A DNA stretch of 64,000 nt, taken from assembly GCF_030503435.1 (NCBI RefSeq), contig NZ_JAUKPO010000001.1:940766-1004765 (forward strand). The letters run 5' to 3'. This document shows, in pieces, positions 30,900 to 41,194 of the stretch. This stretch comes from Rhodocytophaga aerolata (GTDB taxonomy: Bacteria > Bacteroidota > Bacteroidia > Cytophagales > 172606-1). The position numbers and the translations under genes were made by a program. The notes under the pieces are model-generated. The model worked only from the letters and a program-made list of their open reading frames with translations. It made no database searches and was not told the DNA's origin. The stretch's first letter is position 1, and each line of letters opens with the position of its first letter.

Positions 30900-33101
30900 A
30901 TGTTCACATCTGTAACTTTCGCGGTTATAATTTTTATAGCCTTTTTTCTGATTGCCACCCTTATTTTTATAGCCAACTGCTATCACAAAGCAGAGCAAGG
31001 CATGGCCTTGATAAAAACTGGTGTTGGCGGTACGCATGTTTCTTTTTCAGGTATGATTGTCATTCCGGTAATGCACAGACTAGAGATGATGGATATTTCC
31101 CTGAAAACAGTAGTTATTTCCCGGCAGGGTAAAGAAGGATTGATTTGTAAGGACAATTTACGGGCAGATATTAAAGTAACTTTCTTTGTGCGGGTAAACA
31201 AAACAGAGCAAGATGTTATTCAGGTAGGCCAGTCTATTGGTTGCCGTAGAGCCTCCGATACTAAAGCATTGGAAGACCTATTTGATGCTAAATTCTCCGA
31301 AGCCCTGAAAACAGTAGGTAAAAAATTTGACTTTATTGAACTGTATAATTCCAGAGAACTCTTTAAGCAAGAAATTCTGCAAATTATAGGTACAGATTTG
31401 AATGGCTATATCCTCGACGATTGTGCCATTGATTACCTGGAACAAACTCATATTGAGGCATTGAATGAAAATAATATTATGGATGCGGAAGGCATCAAAA
31501 AGATTATTGAACTGACTGCCAAACAAAAAATAATGGCCAATCATTTTGAGCGGGAAAAAGAAAAAACCATTACCCAGCAGAACGTGCAAGCGAAGGAAGC
31601 TATACTGGAACTGAACCGGCAGTTGGCAGAAACCGAAGAAAAGCAAAAGCGGGAAATTGCTTCTATCCGTGCCCGTGAAGAAGCTGAAATCGCTGTAATT
31701 CAGCAGCAAGAACGGCTGAAAGCAGAAAAAGCACGCATTCAAACTGAAGAAGAATCCCGTGTAGCCGAAGAAAATCGCGACCGTCAGATTATAGTAGCGC
31801 AGAAGAATAAAGAACGCGTAGAAGCTGTAGAAAAAGAAAGAGTAGATAAAGACCGTTTACTGGAAGTTACAGAAAAACAACGGATCGTTACACTTGCTGA
31901 CATTGCCAAAGAGAAAGCCATTGAAGAAGAACGCAAGAATATTCAGGAAGTAATCCGCGAAAGAGTAGCTGTACAAAAAGCAGTAGTGGCCGAAGAAGAA
32001 AAGATAAAAGATACCCAAGCATTTGCTCAGGCAGACCGTGAAAAATCCGTAGCTATCAAACGTGCGGAAATGCTAGCGGAAGAATCATTGGTTCAACAAA
32101 TAAAAGCTGCCGAAGCTGACCGCCAGTCTGCCGAATTGAAAGCCAAACGCCTAGTAGTAGAAGCTGAAGCAGAGCAAGCCACTGCCGGCAAAAAAGCAGA
32201 AGCCATTAAAATACTGGCCGATGCTGAAGCCGCCAAAGCAGCCGCTGTAGGAGTAGCAGAAGCCCAGGTAATTCAAGCTAAAGCCTTGGCCAAAGAAAAA
32301 GATGGTAAGGCGGATGCTACGGTTATAGAGAACAAAGCCATAGCTGAAGCTAAAGGCATAGAGGTGATGGCGAAAGCGCAGGCAGAGGCTGATGAAAAAT
32401 TAGGCTTAGTGGCTGCCAAGATCAACAAAGAGAAAGGCTTATCCGATGCCAATGTAATTGAAGTAAAAGCGCAGGCAGAAGAGAAAAAAGGCTTAACAGA
32501 AGCTAAAATTATGCATGAGAAGTTCACAGCGGAAGCCAAAGGTATTGAAAGCAAGGCAGATGCTATGCGTAAATTAGACGGCGTAGGCAAGGAACACGAA
32601 GAGTTTAAGTTGAGATTACAGAAAGAAAAAGACGTTGAACTGGCTATGATCAACATTCAGAAAGCAATTGCCGATGCACAAGCTACCGTATTGGGAGAAG
32701 CCCTGAAAGTATCTAAAATTGATATTGTGGGTGGCGAAACTATGTTCTTCGACAAACTGGTGAATTCCATTAGCAATGGAAAGTCTGTAGATAAACTGTT
32801 TACCAATAGCCATGTACTGACAGATGTTAAAAACACGTTCTTTACCAATGGAAACGGCAATGGACACAGTAATGGAAAAGATGACCCCAAAGCTATATTC
32901 AGAGATAATCTGAAGAAGCTGGTAGATCAGTTTGGCATTACATCAGAAGATGTAAAAAACCTGAGTGTGGCTGCCCTCCTGATGCAGATGTCTAAGTTGG
33001 CTGACGATAAAGAATCCAAAGGCTTGCTTAATCAACTGATGCAAATGGCTAAAAAGAAAGGCGTTTCTGACGATGCTGCGCAGACTTTAGGTATCTGGTA
33101 A
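30900..33101 (+). CDS. Flotillin-family protein (FloT/YuaG-like: TM hairpin, SPFH domain, EA-repeat flotillin domain, about 200-aa C-terminal extension)
   Basis: 733 aa. N-terminal TM, a band-7 core and long AEAEA/KAEAEK coiled-coil repeats. Confidence 0.8.
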   Translation: MFTSVTFAVIIFIAFFLIATLIFIANCYHKAEQGMALIKTGVGGTHVSFSGMIVIPVMHRLEMMDISLKTVVISRQGKEGLICKDNLRADIKVTFFVRVNKTEQDVIQVGQSIGCRRASDTKALEDLFDAKFSEALKTVGKKFDFIELYNSRELFKQEILQIIGTDLNGYILDDCAIDYLEQTHIEALNENNIMDAEGIKKIIELTAKQKIMANHFEREKEKTITQQNVQAKEAILELNRQLAETEEKQKREIASIRAREEAEIAVIQQQERLKAEKARIQTEEESRVAEENRDRQIIVAQKNKERVEAVEKERVDKDRLLEVTEKQRIVTLADIAKEKAIEEERKNIQEVIRERVAVQKAVVAEEEKIKDTQAFAQADREKSVAIKRAEMLAEESLVQQIKAAEADRQSAELKAKRLVVEAEAEQATAGKKAEAIKILADAEAAKAAAVGVAEAQVIQAKALAKEKDGKADATVIENKAIAEAKGIEVMAKAQAEADEKLGLVAAKINKEKGLSDANVIEVKAQAEEKKGLTEAKIMHEKFTAEAKGIESKADAMRKLDGVGKEHEEFKLRLQKEKDVELAMINIQKAIADAQATVLGEALKVSKIDIVGGETMFFDKLVNSISNGKSVDKLFTNSHVLTDVKNTFFTNGNGNGHSNGKDDPKAIFRDNLKKLVDQFGITSEDVKNLSVAALLMQMSKLADDKESKGLLNQLMQMAKKKGVSDDAAQTLGIW

Positions 33102-33316
33102 AAAATGAGTACATAGATGCTCATAGGTAGGAATGTTACTATATAAAAAAGCTAGTAACATATGCCTTCAATTTAACAAAAGTAATTTTTCTGACTGTGT
33201 GCTGTTATCAAAAATGACAGCATACAGTCTTCTACCTATCTTACAGATCATTCACCGAAGAATGGTCAACTAGCTTTATAGATAAGCTAATCTTCAAGTA
33301 AAGATTTATTAGCTCC

Positions 33317-36300
33317 ATGGCAAATCCAACCCCAGCAATAAAAGAAAATCCGGTAAAAGAAGCACATCTGGAAGAAGGCACTTATGAAATAATCCGGAAC
33401 CGCTTGCGTAAACAAGGAAACGAACTGCGCACCCGACTCGATACATTGAATCACAAAAGGCGTGAAGTATTTGGTTCTATTGAAACACGTTTGCTGGCTA
33501 CCGAACGCATTACTACCGACAACAACTGTGTCCCAGTAGACATGGTTCCTGTAAATGACCTGTTCATTTTTGGATACAATGTACACATGGGCCTAAAAAC
33601 AGAGACTAGTATTAGTGATGTATTTAGTGTTTACCGGTATCAAAACCACAGTTTCGTTCAACAGCCTTTAGATTTAATTGCAGACAAACGTTTTGAAGAA
33701 GATTTTAAGAATCTCTACAAATACTACCGGAATACACAGTTTGCCAAATTTGCTTTATTAGGTCAGCGGCTGTTTATGATTTTTCAGGTTGGAAAAAGCC
33801 AGGATGATATCAAAACCTTTAAATGGGTAATAGAAGGAGACAAACTAACCTATGTGGATAACCGCAGTGAAGGCGAATTTTCATATCCGGACCAGTACCA
33901 GTTTAAATGGAAACGAACCTCCCGCGAAGCACGCAGAGAAGGAAAGTTCCCACATATATCTATCGCTGACCGGGTATTTGTTGAAACCATCGGCGGCGAT
34001 CTTACGATCAAAATAGAAAATAACACAGCCAGTGGAGAGGGCATTTATTCAGAAGAGGTAAAACACAAAGACCAGACCCTGGACGATGCGGAAATCTTCT
34101 ATGCCATAATTGGGAGCATTGTGGTACTCAAAATCAAACCATTTCAGGAAAATGAGTATCGCTATATTGTATACAATGAAAAAATCCGGCAGGCACGCCG
34201 CATAGATTCCCTGAAAGATTCCTGCGTATTTCTACCCGACGACCACGGAATTATTTTCGCAAATGGGTATTATCTGCAAACTGGAGAATACAAGCTATTC
34301 GATACTCAAATGGCTAATATGCTTTTTGAAAAACGTATTGCTTCTCCCAATGGCGAAGATTTTCTATATATATTTTATAGCAAGGTTACCGGCATTTATG
34401 AGTTACTCTCCTATAACCTCATAGAACAAAAAGTGGCCATTCCAATTATTTGCCATGGCTATTCCATCTTTGAAAATGGCGAACTCTGCTATTTTAAAGG
34501 AGAAGACGAGCCTAAGAAACATCATGTTGTACAAATCTGGCAGACACCCTATGTAGACCCTAACTTTCCCCTGCACACAAGCAATAGTGAGTCCTATTTG
34601 TATAAAATCGGCAATAAAGATGTAGTTAGGGCAATGGCCGAATGCAACGAACTGCTCACGTTAATCGACCGGGACGACAGTTATGCCAACTTGTATCTGG
34701 ATCTGGTAAAGATGTCTACCGATATTATAGACTCTTACCACTGGCTTAATAAAGAAGAAACCCTTCGTTTGATTGAGCCGCTAGCAGAGCTAAAGCAATC
34801 GGCCTCAACGGCCATTGAGGAGTTTGAAAAAGTAACCCGTATCAAAAAGAATACAGCTGTTGAGGTAGAACGGGTAACTGGCAAAATCACAAAAGTATTT
34901 GCAGATGTCAAACGGCAACAGCCCGAAAGTATTGATTATTTTGTACATTTTCTGGCTGAACTGCGCACCCTACGAGGAGAAACTATTTCGCTAAAAAGCC
35001 TGCGGTATGTAGCCATTTCTTCCATTGAAAGTAAGGAAAAAGAAATTGAAGCATATACTACAAAACTATCTGATGAGTGTGTGCAGTTTTTATTAAAAGA
35101 CGATGCGTTACTGCCCTACCACCAGAAAGTTACACTGCTGCAAGAGCATATCAACAAAATAGAAAAAGTAATAGATGCCAGCAAAACAGAAGAAGAAATA
35201 ACCAAAACATCGCAGGAACTGGAGATGTTGATAGAGGTGGTAAGTAACCTCAAAATTGAGGATGCTACCCAAACCACGCGGATCATTGACAATATTTCTT
35301 CTATTTATGCCCATTTCAACCAGATTAAAGCTGCCCTTAAACGCAAAAGACAGGAATTAGTAGGTATAGAAGGCAAAGCTGAGTTCGCCTCCCAGTTAAA
35401 ACTTATAGATCAGGGAGTGGCCAATTATCTGGATATTAGTGAAACACCTCAGAAATGCGATGAATACATCACTAAGCTAATGGTGCAACTGGAAGAGCTG
35501 GAAGGAAAATTCACCGAATTTGAAGAGTTTACGGAAAAAATTACAGAAAAGCGGGAAGAAATATACAATGCCTTTGAAAGCAAAAAACTAAGCCTGATTG
35601 AAGCCAGAAATAAACGTGCCACTAGCCTGCTGCAATCAGCCGAACGGATACTCAAAGGGATTAATAACCGGGTAACTTCTTTTGCTACCAGCTCAGAAAT
35701 TAACGGCTACTTCGCCTCTGATCTCATGGTAGATAAGGTACGCGATATTATTAAGCAATTAATTGAAATTGGCGATACCGTAAAATCAGATGACATCCAA
35801 AGCCGTCTAAAAACTGCCCAGGAAGAAGCCATACGCCAGCTGAAAGACCGCCAGGAATTATTTGTAGATGGAGCCTCTATTATTAAGTTTGGCGACTTTA
35901 AGTTTTCTGTCAATACGCAGCCATTAGATCTGACGATGGTCTACCGCAACGGAGATATGTATTACCATTTAACAGGGACTAATTTCTTTGAGAAAGTAAC
36001 CAATGCCGCTTTTAACAACTCCCGTAACGTATGGGAACAAAGCTTAGTGTCGGAAAACAAACAAGTATACCGCGCCGAATATCTGGCTTATCAGATAATT
36101 AAGAAGGCACAAGAAGCTGAAAAAACTTCTGTATCTAACGGAATGCAATACCTGACTCTGGAAGTTCTACATAAGTTAACCGATGAAGAGTTACTTGCCT
36201 ACATTCAGAAGTTTATGGCTCCCAGGTACAATGAAGGCTATATAAAAGGAGTGCATGACCATGATACACGGATATTACTCCGGGCATTGCTGAACTTTAC

Positions 36301-38257
36301 TCAAACAATAGATCTGCTGAGGTACCCTTCTGCAGCCCGTGCCTGTGCTTCGCTTTACTGGCAATACTTTGCCGATGCCGGCCACAAACAACTTATGTAT
36401 CACCGGCTGAAAGGGGTGGGCATTATTTTACAAGTATTTCCGAAAACCCGGGAATTTGGCGGAATTATAGAAGAACTACAGGCTGAGATAGCTGCATTTA
36501 GCCGGGAGAATAAATTATTTAGTGAGACTTTTGCACCCGAAGCTGGGGAGTACCTATTCTACGAAATTACCCGCAGCGACAGTTTTATTGCGGATGCTGA
36601 GGCGGCGGATTTGTATAATCAGTTTATGCACTATTTGGCATCCAACCATTCTGCCGACAGATACCACAGTTCCATAGAAGCGCTGGAAAATACACCCATT
36701 GCCCGGTTTAAATTAATTAAAAAATGGCTGGGCGCTTATATTGATTTTATTTATCAGGAAGCTAAACGGGAGTATTTAGATGAAACGGCTGTCCTGTTAT
36801 ATGGGGAAGATCTGGAGAAAAAGAAAGTGATTCAGCTATCTCTTAAGTCTGAAATAGAAGGCTTGCAAGGTTCACATGCTGTAATAGAAAATGGCCGGTA
36901 TCAGCTGGATTATAACAGCTTCATGACTAAACTGAAACTATTTGATACGCAACTAGTACCTGAGTTCAGCCAATTTCAGGATACAAAGAAAAAGCTATTG
37001 GAAGAATTTAAACAAGATCTGCGGTTGGAAGAATTTAAATCTCACGTTCTGACTTCCTTCATCCGGAACAAACTGATAGATCAGGTATATCTTCCATTGA
37101 TTGGAGCTAACTTAGCCAAGCAGATTGGTACGGCTGGCGATACTAAACGTACCGACCGTATGGGTATGTTGCTATTAATTTCACCTCCGGGATATGGTAA
37201 AACCACCTTAATGGAGTACATAGCCAACCGTCTGGGAATTATTTTTATGAAGATCAACGGACCAGCTATAGGACATAAAGTTACTTCATTAGATCCTGCA
37301 GAAGCACCGAATGCCTCAGCCCGGGAAGAAATTGAAAAGCTTAGTCTGGCCCTTGAAATGGGTGATAATGTCATGTTGTATCTGGATGATATTCAGCATT
37401 GTAATCCGGAGTTTTTACAGAAATTCATTTCCCTGTGCGATGCTCAACGTAAAATAGAGGCTGTATACAAAGGCAAAAGCCGCACCTATGACTTACGTGG
37501 CAAAAAAGTATGTGTAGTCATGGCCGGTAATCCCTATACCGAAAGTGGTGAAAAGTTCCAGATTCCGGATATGCTAGCCAACCGGGCTGACATTTACAAC
37601 CTCGGCGACATTATTGGCAATGCAAGTGAGGCTTTCAAACTGAGCTACATAGAAAACAGCCTGACCTCTAACCCGGTTATGCAAAGGTTGAGCAATAAGA
37701 GCCATGCAGATGTGTTGGCGATAGTCCGACTAGCTCAGACTGGTAGCAAAGATGGCATTACCTATGAAGCAAGTCATTCGGCAGAAGAAATTAATGAATA
37801 TGTAGCGGTACTGAAAAAGTTATTAGTTATTCAGGAAGTTATTTTGAAAGTAAACAAAGAATATATTCATTCGGCTGCACAGGCAGATGAGTTCCGTACA
37901 GAACCTCCTTTCAAACTACAAGGTTCTTACCGGAATATGAATAAAATGGCTGACAAAGTGGTAGCCTTAATGAATGACCAGGAATTGGAGATGGTTATCC
38001 AGACGCATTACGAAAATGAAGCCCAGACATTAACTACCGGAGCTGAGGCCAATCTGTTAAAATTTAAAGAACTCATAGGAAAATTAACACCCACAGAACA
38101 ACAACGATGGGAAAATATTAAGGCTACTTACGTAAAGAATAAGAAGATGAGAGGATTAGGCACTGATAATCAGGTAGGGCAAGTAGTTTTAACTATGGAA
38201 TCTATTTCGGAAGGCTTGCAAGGTATAAAACAAGCTCTTTTAACAAAGGAAGAATAA
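33317..38257 (+). CDS. Giant (1,646 aa) coiled-coil protein with C-terminal MoxR/AAA_5-like AAA+ ATPase core
   Basis: Walker A LLLISPPGYGKTT (about nt 37180-37215). Walker B VMLYLDDIQH (about nt 37365-37395). Sensor/Arg region MAGNP...NRADIYNLGD. The upstream 1,250 aa or so have no recognisable motif and include a long E/K/L-rich heptad region (aa about 480-900). Automated pipelines may label such proteins DNA repair ATPase; that is from memory and unverified. Confidence 0.7.
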   Translation: MANPTPAIKENPVKEAHLEEGTYEIIRNRLRKQGNELRTRLDTLNHKRREVFGSIETRLLATERITTDNNCVPVDMVPVNDLFIFGYNVHMGLKTETSISDVFSVYRYQNHSFVQQPLDLIADKRFEEDFKNLYKYYRNTQFAKFALLGQRLFMIFQVGKSQDDIKTFKWVIEGDKLTYVDNRSEGEFSYPDQYQFKWKRTSREARREGKFPHISIADRVFVETIGGDLTIKIENNTASGEGIYSEEVKHKDQTLDDAEIFYAIIGSIVVLKIKPFQENEYRYIVYNEKIRQARRIDSLKDSCVFLPDDHGIIFANGYYLQTGEYKLFDTQMANMLFEKRIASPNGEDFLYIFYSKVTGIYELLSYNLIEQKVAIPIICHGYSIFENGELCYFKGEDEPKKHHVVQIWQTPYVDPNFPLHTSNSESYLYKIGNKDVVRAMAECNELLTLIDRDDSYANLYLDLVKMSTDIIDSYHWLNKEETLRLIEPLAELKQSASTAIEEFEKVTRIKKNTAVEVERVTGKITKVFADVKRQQPESIDYFVHFLAELRTLRGETISLKSLRYVAISSIESKEKEIEAYTTKLSDECVQFLLKDDALLPYHQKVTLLQEHINKIEKVIDASKTEEEITKTSQELEMLIEVVSNLKIEDATQTTRIIDNISSIYAHFNQIKAALKRKRQELVGIEGKAEFASQLKLIDQGVANYLDISETPQKCDEYITKLMVQLEELEGKFTEFEEFTEKITEKREEIYNAFESKKLSLIEARNKRATSLLQSAERILKGINNRVTSFATSSEINGYFASDLMVDKVRDIIKQLIEIGDTVKSDDIQSRLKTAQEEAIRQLKDRQELFVDGASIIKFGDFKFSVNTQPLDLTMVYRNGDMYYHLTGTNFFEKVTNAAFNNSRNVWEQSLVSENKQVYRAEYLAYQIIKKAQEAEKTSVSNGMQYLTLEVLHKLTDEELLAYIQKFMAPRYNEGYIKGVHDHDTRILLRALLNFTQTIDLLRYPSAARACASLYWQYFADAGHKQLMYHRLKGVGIILQVFPKTREFGGIIEELQAEIAAFSRENKLFSETFAPEAGEYLFYEITRSDSFIADAEAADLYNQFMHYLASNHSADRYHSSIEALENTPIARFKLIKKWLGAYIDFIYQEAKREYLDETAVLLYGEDLEKKKVIQLSLKSEIEGLQGSHAVIENGRYQLDYNSFMTKLKLFDTQLVPEFSQFQDTKKKLLEEFKQDLRLEEFKSHVLTSFIRNKLIDQVYLPLIGANLAKQIGTAGDTKRTDRMGMLLLISPPGYGKTTLMEYIANRLGIIFMKINGPAIGHKVTSLDPAEAPNASAREEIEKLSLALEMGDNVMLYLDDIQHCNPEFLQKFISLCDAQRKIEAVYKGKSRTYDLRGKKVCVVMAGNPYTESGEKFQIPDMLANRADIYNLGDIIGNASEAFKLSYIENSLTSNPVMQRLSNKSHADVLAIVRLAQTGSKDGITYEASHSAEEINEYVAVLKKLLVIQEVILKVNKEYIHSAAQADEFRTEPPFKLQGSYRNMNKMADKVVALMNDQELEMVIQTHYENEAQTLTTGAEANLLKFKELIGKLTPTEQQRWENIKATYVKNKKMRGLGTDNQVGQVVLTMESISEGLQGIKQALLTKEE

Positions 38258-38615
38258 TAGATAAAAACCATTGGTAGAAGAATGTGAACAGGAAAATTAG
38301 AGAAACTGATTCCTTTCAACGGCTTCTTACGTAATATTTTATACAGAATTAGGCGAATTCTCCGTAGGTGAGTATAAATTAAAGATTATTTATGCAGGTT
38401 TATTTATTCTGTTACAAGTAATATACAGGAAATTTTGCTAATCTAAAGGCTTTTTCTTCTTTGGGCTTTAGGAGTAAGCCATCTGCTGCTTTTTTAAGCT
38501 AAAACAATTCTAATGTAAGCATACCATCGTATTTATTTAGTAAAAACTATAAATCCTGACGAACTTTCGGATATAAAACAAGCAAGATCTATAACATTAC
38601 AAAATATATACGGCA

Positions 38616-38897
38616 ATGACCAGAGAACAATTAGAACAAAAAATTAAAGAGATGGAAGCTACCATTAACCAGCTGAAACTGGAAAAAGAAGAAGCTCAGC
38701 AACTGGTAGAAGTAGTATATGAATGTGTACAAAAATTAGAAAACAAATACAGAAAGTCTGTAAACCGGGAATTGAGTTACCGCGAAATGCTGTTCCATTT
38801 CAATCACCAGAAAGCACAGGATTTATTAAGAGATTATATCAGCAAAGATGCCCTGAAAGTACAGTTCTATGGTGCTTACAACTATCGTTCTAACTAG
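38616..38897 (+). CDS. Small coiled-coil hypothetical protein
   Basis: 93 aa. Heptad-like N-terminus. Followed by a strong terminator. Confidence 0.4.
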   Translation: MTREQLEQKIKEMEATINQLKLEKEEAQQLVEVVYECVQKLENKYRKSVNRELSYREMLFHFNHQKAQDLLRDYISKDALKVQFYGAYNYRSN

Positions 38898-38930
38898 TAA
38901 ATAGAAATAAAAACAATAAGCTATGGAAAG

Positions 38931-38960
38931 AAACCTGCTCTAGAGCAGGTTTTTATTTTT
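38931..38960 (+). terminator. Rho-independent terminator
   Basis: aaacctgctct/agagcaggttt perfect stem followed by TTTTATTTTT. Confidence 0.8.
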
Positions 38961-38970
38961 AACGCCATAC

Positions 38971-38998
38971 AAAAGCCTCCAAATATTTGGAGGCTTTT
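38971..38998 (-). terminator. Palindromic hairpin downstream of the convergent minus-strand gene
   Basis: aaaagcctccaaatatttggaggctttt. Perfect 11-bp arms flanked by A/T runs on both sides. Confidence 0.65.
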
Positions 38999-39022
38999 GT
39001 ATACGAATAGTAAGGAGTTCAT

Positions 39023-40987
39023 CTACTTTCTGCGCACAGAGAATTTGGCATCTTTTACATACAGATCATACCACTGATTGGTTTTACTGTCATGACGGGT
39101 AACAACTCCAGAGAATGTACCTTCAATTAATTTATCGTCATAACGAGTAACTGTAATTTTATTTTGCTTGATCTTTTCAGGTCCATTTGGCCCATAGGCA
39201 GTATAATAATTCAGCCGCTTCCCATCTTTCACTACCGTTACATTTATGCTCGGCCTGCAACCATAGGTGCCATTTACTGTACTGCATAAACCGTTAAATT
39301 CTCCTTTTTCACAACCGGGCCACTGTAATACCAAAGAAACAGGATCTGTCTGGTCGTTGCCTACACTGGCTCTGGTACTTTCCTCATTTGTACAATACCC
39401 AATCATGGCATTATCTGATGCTGAAAGTTTATTTAAATCCATCACTTCGTTGGTAAATCCATCTCCATTCAATGTTACAGTATTTTCATTAAGTACAGCT
39501 TTAGGAGGTTCACATAATTCTACATTGCCCAACTCTACAGTAACGCCATCTTCATTAGGAGCTTTAAATGTTATATCTCGCATTTTTCCGGTTGTATGAT
39601 CAATGATAGTGATGGAAGACTCATATCCTGGTGCTACTGTCACCCGGAAAACGCCTCTTTCATCAGTAGGACGCTTGCCATATGAGAAAATTTCTGATGT
39701 ATTAAGAACAAAATTGGCTTGAATTGGATTGCCATTGCAAACGGTACGGCCCACCACGAATACCGGACATGGAACTTTAAACGTCCGTTTTTCGGGTTTT
39801 TGCCCCAAAGTAAATGGACCAATATCCGCTACTTTTCGAATCAAACCAGGGCCCTGATATAGTAGTACAGGCAATACCCGGTTATCTGGCACACGGCGTA
39901 TTACTACTCCATTTTCGTCTGAACTAGCCCATGCCTGCCCAATGGTCATGAATACTTTTCTTACCGGATAACCTGTACAAGGAATTCCCCCAGTAGTAAT
40001 TGGTTCTCCCGGATTTTCAGGGTCTATAGGAGTCCGTTCTACTTTACCTTCACCACTACCAGTTCCATCAGTTTCTATGACAAACTCAACTTCTACTCCA
40101 GTTCCAGGTACATCACAGTTCCAATCAGTGAAGTGTTTCACTTTGCCAATGTAGCGGCTACCTTCTCGTGCTGCTTCACCTTCTTCCATCCATAACCCTT
40201 TCTGTTCATCAAAGTACCACAATGGTATGGTAGATGGCGCATCTGATGTCTGTTTAGATGAGATAGCCACTGTAAGGGTAGCTTCTTTCCCGTTTGCAAG
40301 TTGCAGGTCATTGCCATTACTGTCGCGTAGGAGTACACGCAGTATACCATATGAATATAGCATACTACCACTTTCATCTGTGCGTTGGGCTGCTAAATCG
40401 CCTCCTGGTACAATGGCTGGAAATGCCTCATCTGTTGGATCTAAATGGCGTAGTGTGACATTTACTTGCCCGGAGTATAAGCTACCATCTGCTTTTACAA
40501 TACCATTTGCCGGAATTTGCACGGAAGATCCGTTAGGTAAATTAGCGGTACCACCTGTATTAGCATCTAACTGATGAGTAGCTGTGGCACCCATTAATAC
40601 CATTTGCACAAAAGCTTCGCCATTCGCTTTGGGTATAAGGGCTGTAGAACCAGTAAAATAGCCTTGTTTGGTACATTTTAAATAACACCGGTTAGCCGGT
40701 ACTTGTATGTTAGATAATGTAAACTCTCCTGCAGCATCTGTGGTGATAGTTTTACCATACACCTCCACTTGCGCACCAGACACTGGCCGCTGATTTTCAT
40801 CAAGAACTAAACCCGATAAAGTGGTACTGATTTTAGGACCATCATCAGAAATATACTGGCTATCTGTTGATGAATTAAAAGACGGCACATGTGTATCGTC
40901 TTTTTTACAATGTGAAAGGAATAATCCAGTAGAAATCAATGAGGCGATTACAAATGGACGGGAGAAAGAAAAGTACTTTTGAAACAT
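39023..40987 (-). CDS. Large secreted lipoprotein with carboxypeptidase-regulatory-like (Ig/transthyretin-fold) domain
   Basis: The track start is a GTG. The ATG at 40987 gives MFQKYFSFSRPFVIASLISTGLFLSHC with a lipobox. VSGAQVEVYGKTITTDAAGEFTLSNIQ matches the CarbopepD_reg pattern. Confidence 0.55.
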   Translation of the reverse strand: MFQKYFSFSRPFVIASLISTGLFLSHCKKDDTHVPSFNSSTDSQYISDDGPKISTTLSGLVLDENQRPVSGAQVEVYGKTITTDAAGEFTLSNIQVPANRCYLKCTKQGYFTGSTALIPKANGEAFVQMVLMGATATHQLDANTGGTANLPNGSSVQIPANGIVKADGSLYSGQVNVTLRHLDPTDEAFPAIVPGGDLAAQRTDESGSMLYSYGILRVLLRDSNGNDLQLANGKEATLTVAISSKQTSDAPSTIPLWYFDEQKGLWMEEGEAAREGSRYIGKVKHFTDWNCDVPGTGVEVEFVIETDGTGSGEGKVERTPIDPENPGEPITTGGIPCTGYPVRKVFMTIGQAWASSDENGVVIRRVPDNRVLPVLLYQGPGLIRKVADIGPFTLGQKPEKRTFKVPCPVFVVGRTVCNGNPIQANFVLNTSEIFSYGKRPTDERGVFRVTVAPGYESSITIIDHTTGKMRDITFKAPNEDGVTVELGNVELCEPPKAVLNENTVTLNGDGFTNEVMDLNKLSASDNAMIGYCTNEESTRASVGNDQTDPVSLVLQWPGCEKGEFNGLCSTVNGTYGCRPSINVTVVKDGKRLNYYTAYGPNGPEKIKQNKITVTRYDDKLIEGTFSGVVTRHDSKTNQWYDLYVKDAKFSVRRK

Positions 40988-41194
40988 ACAATACAGGTAA
41001 ATCAATAATATTAATGAGTTAGAGTAACTTTCTGTAGAAAAAATAGTCACAGAGAGGTACTCGGAAGCTTAGTAAAAAGAATAGCTAGAAAGTAACCTAC
41101 TAACTCAAAATAATACTACGATTTAGTGCATCTACGAACGTTGATAAATGGATAATAACAAAAAAATTAAACTACTAATTTGATTGCCTACTAG

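Noticed and set aside
31278-32890. Several antisense ORFs (154, 127, 83 and 77 aa) inside the flotillin gene
   Set aside because: They are artefacts of the GAA/GCA-rich EA-repeat coding sequence. The sense strand encodes a clear SPFH-flotillin protein.
33287-33586. 99-aa minus-strand ORF overlapping the start of the giant gene
   Set aside because: It has no domain and overlaps the well-supported 1,646-aa frame.
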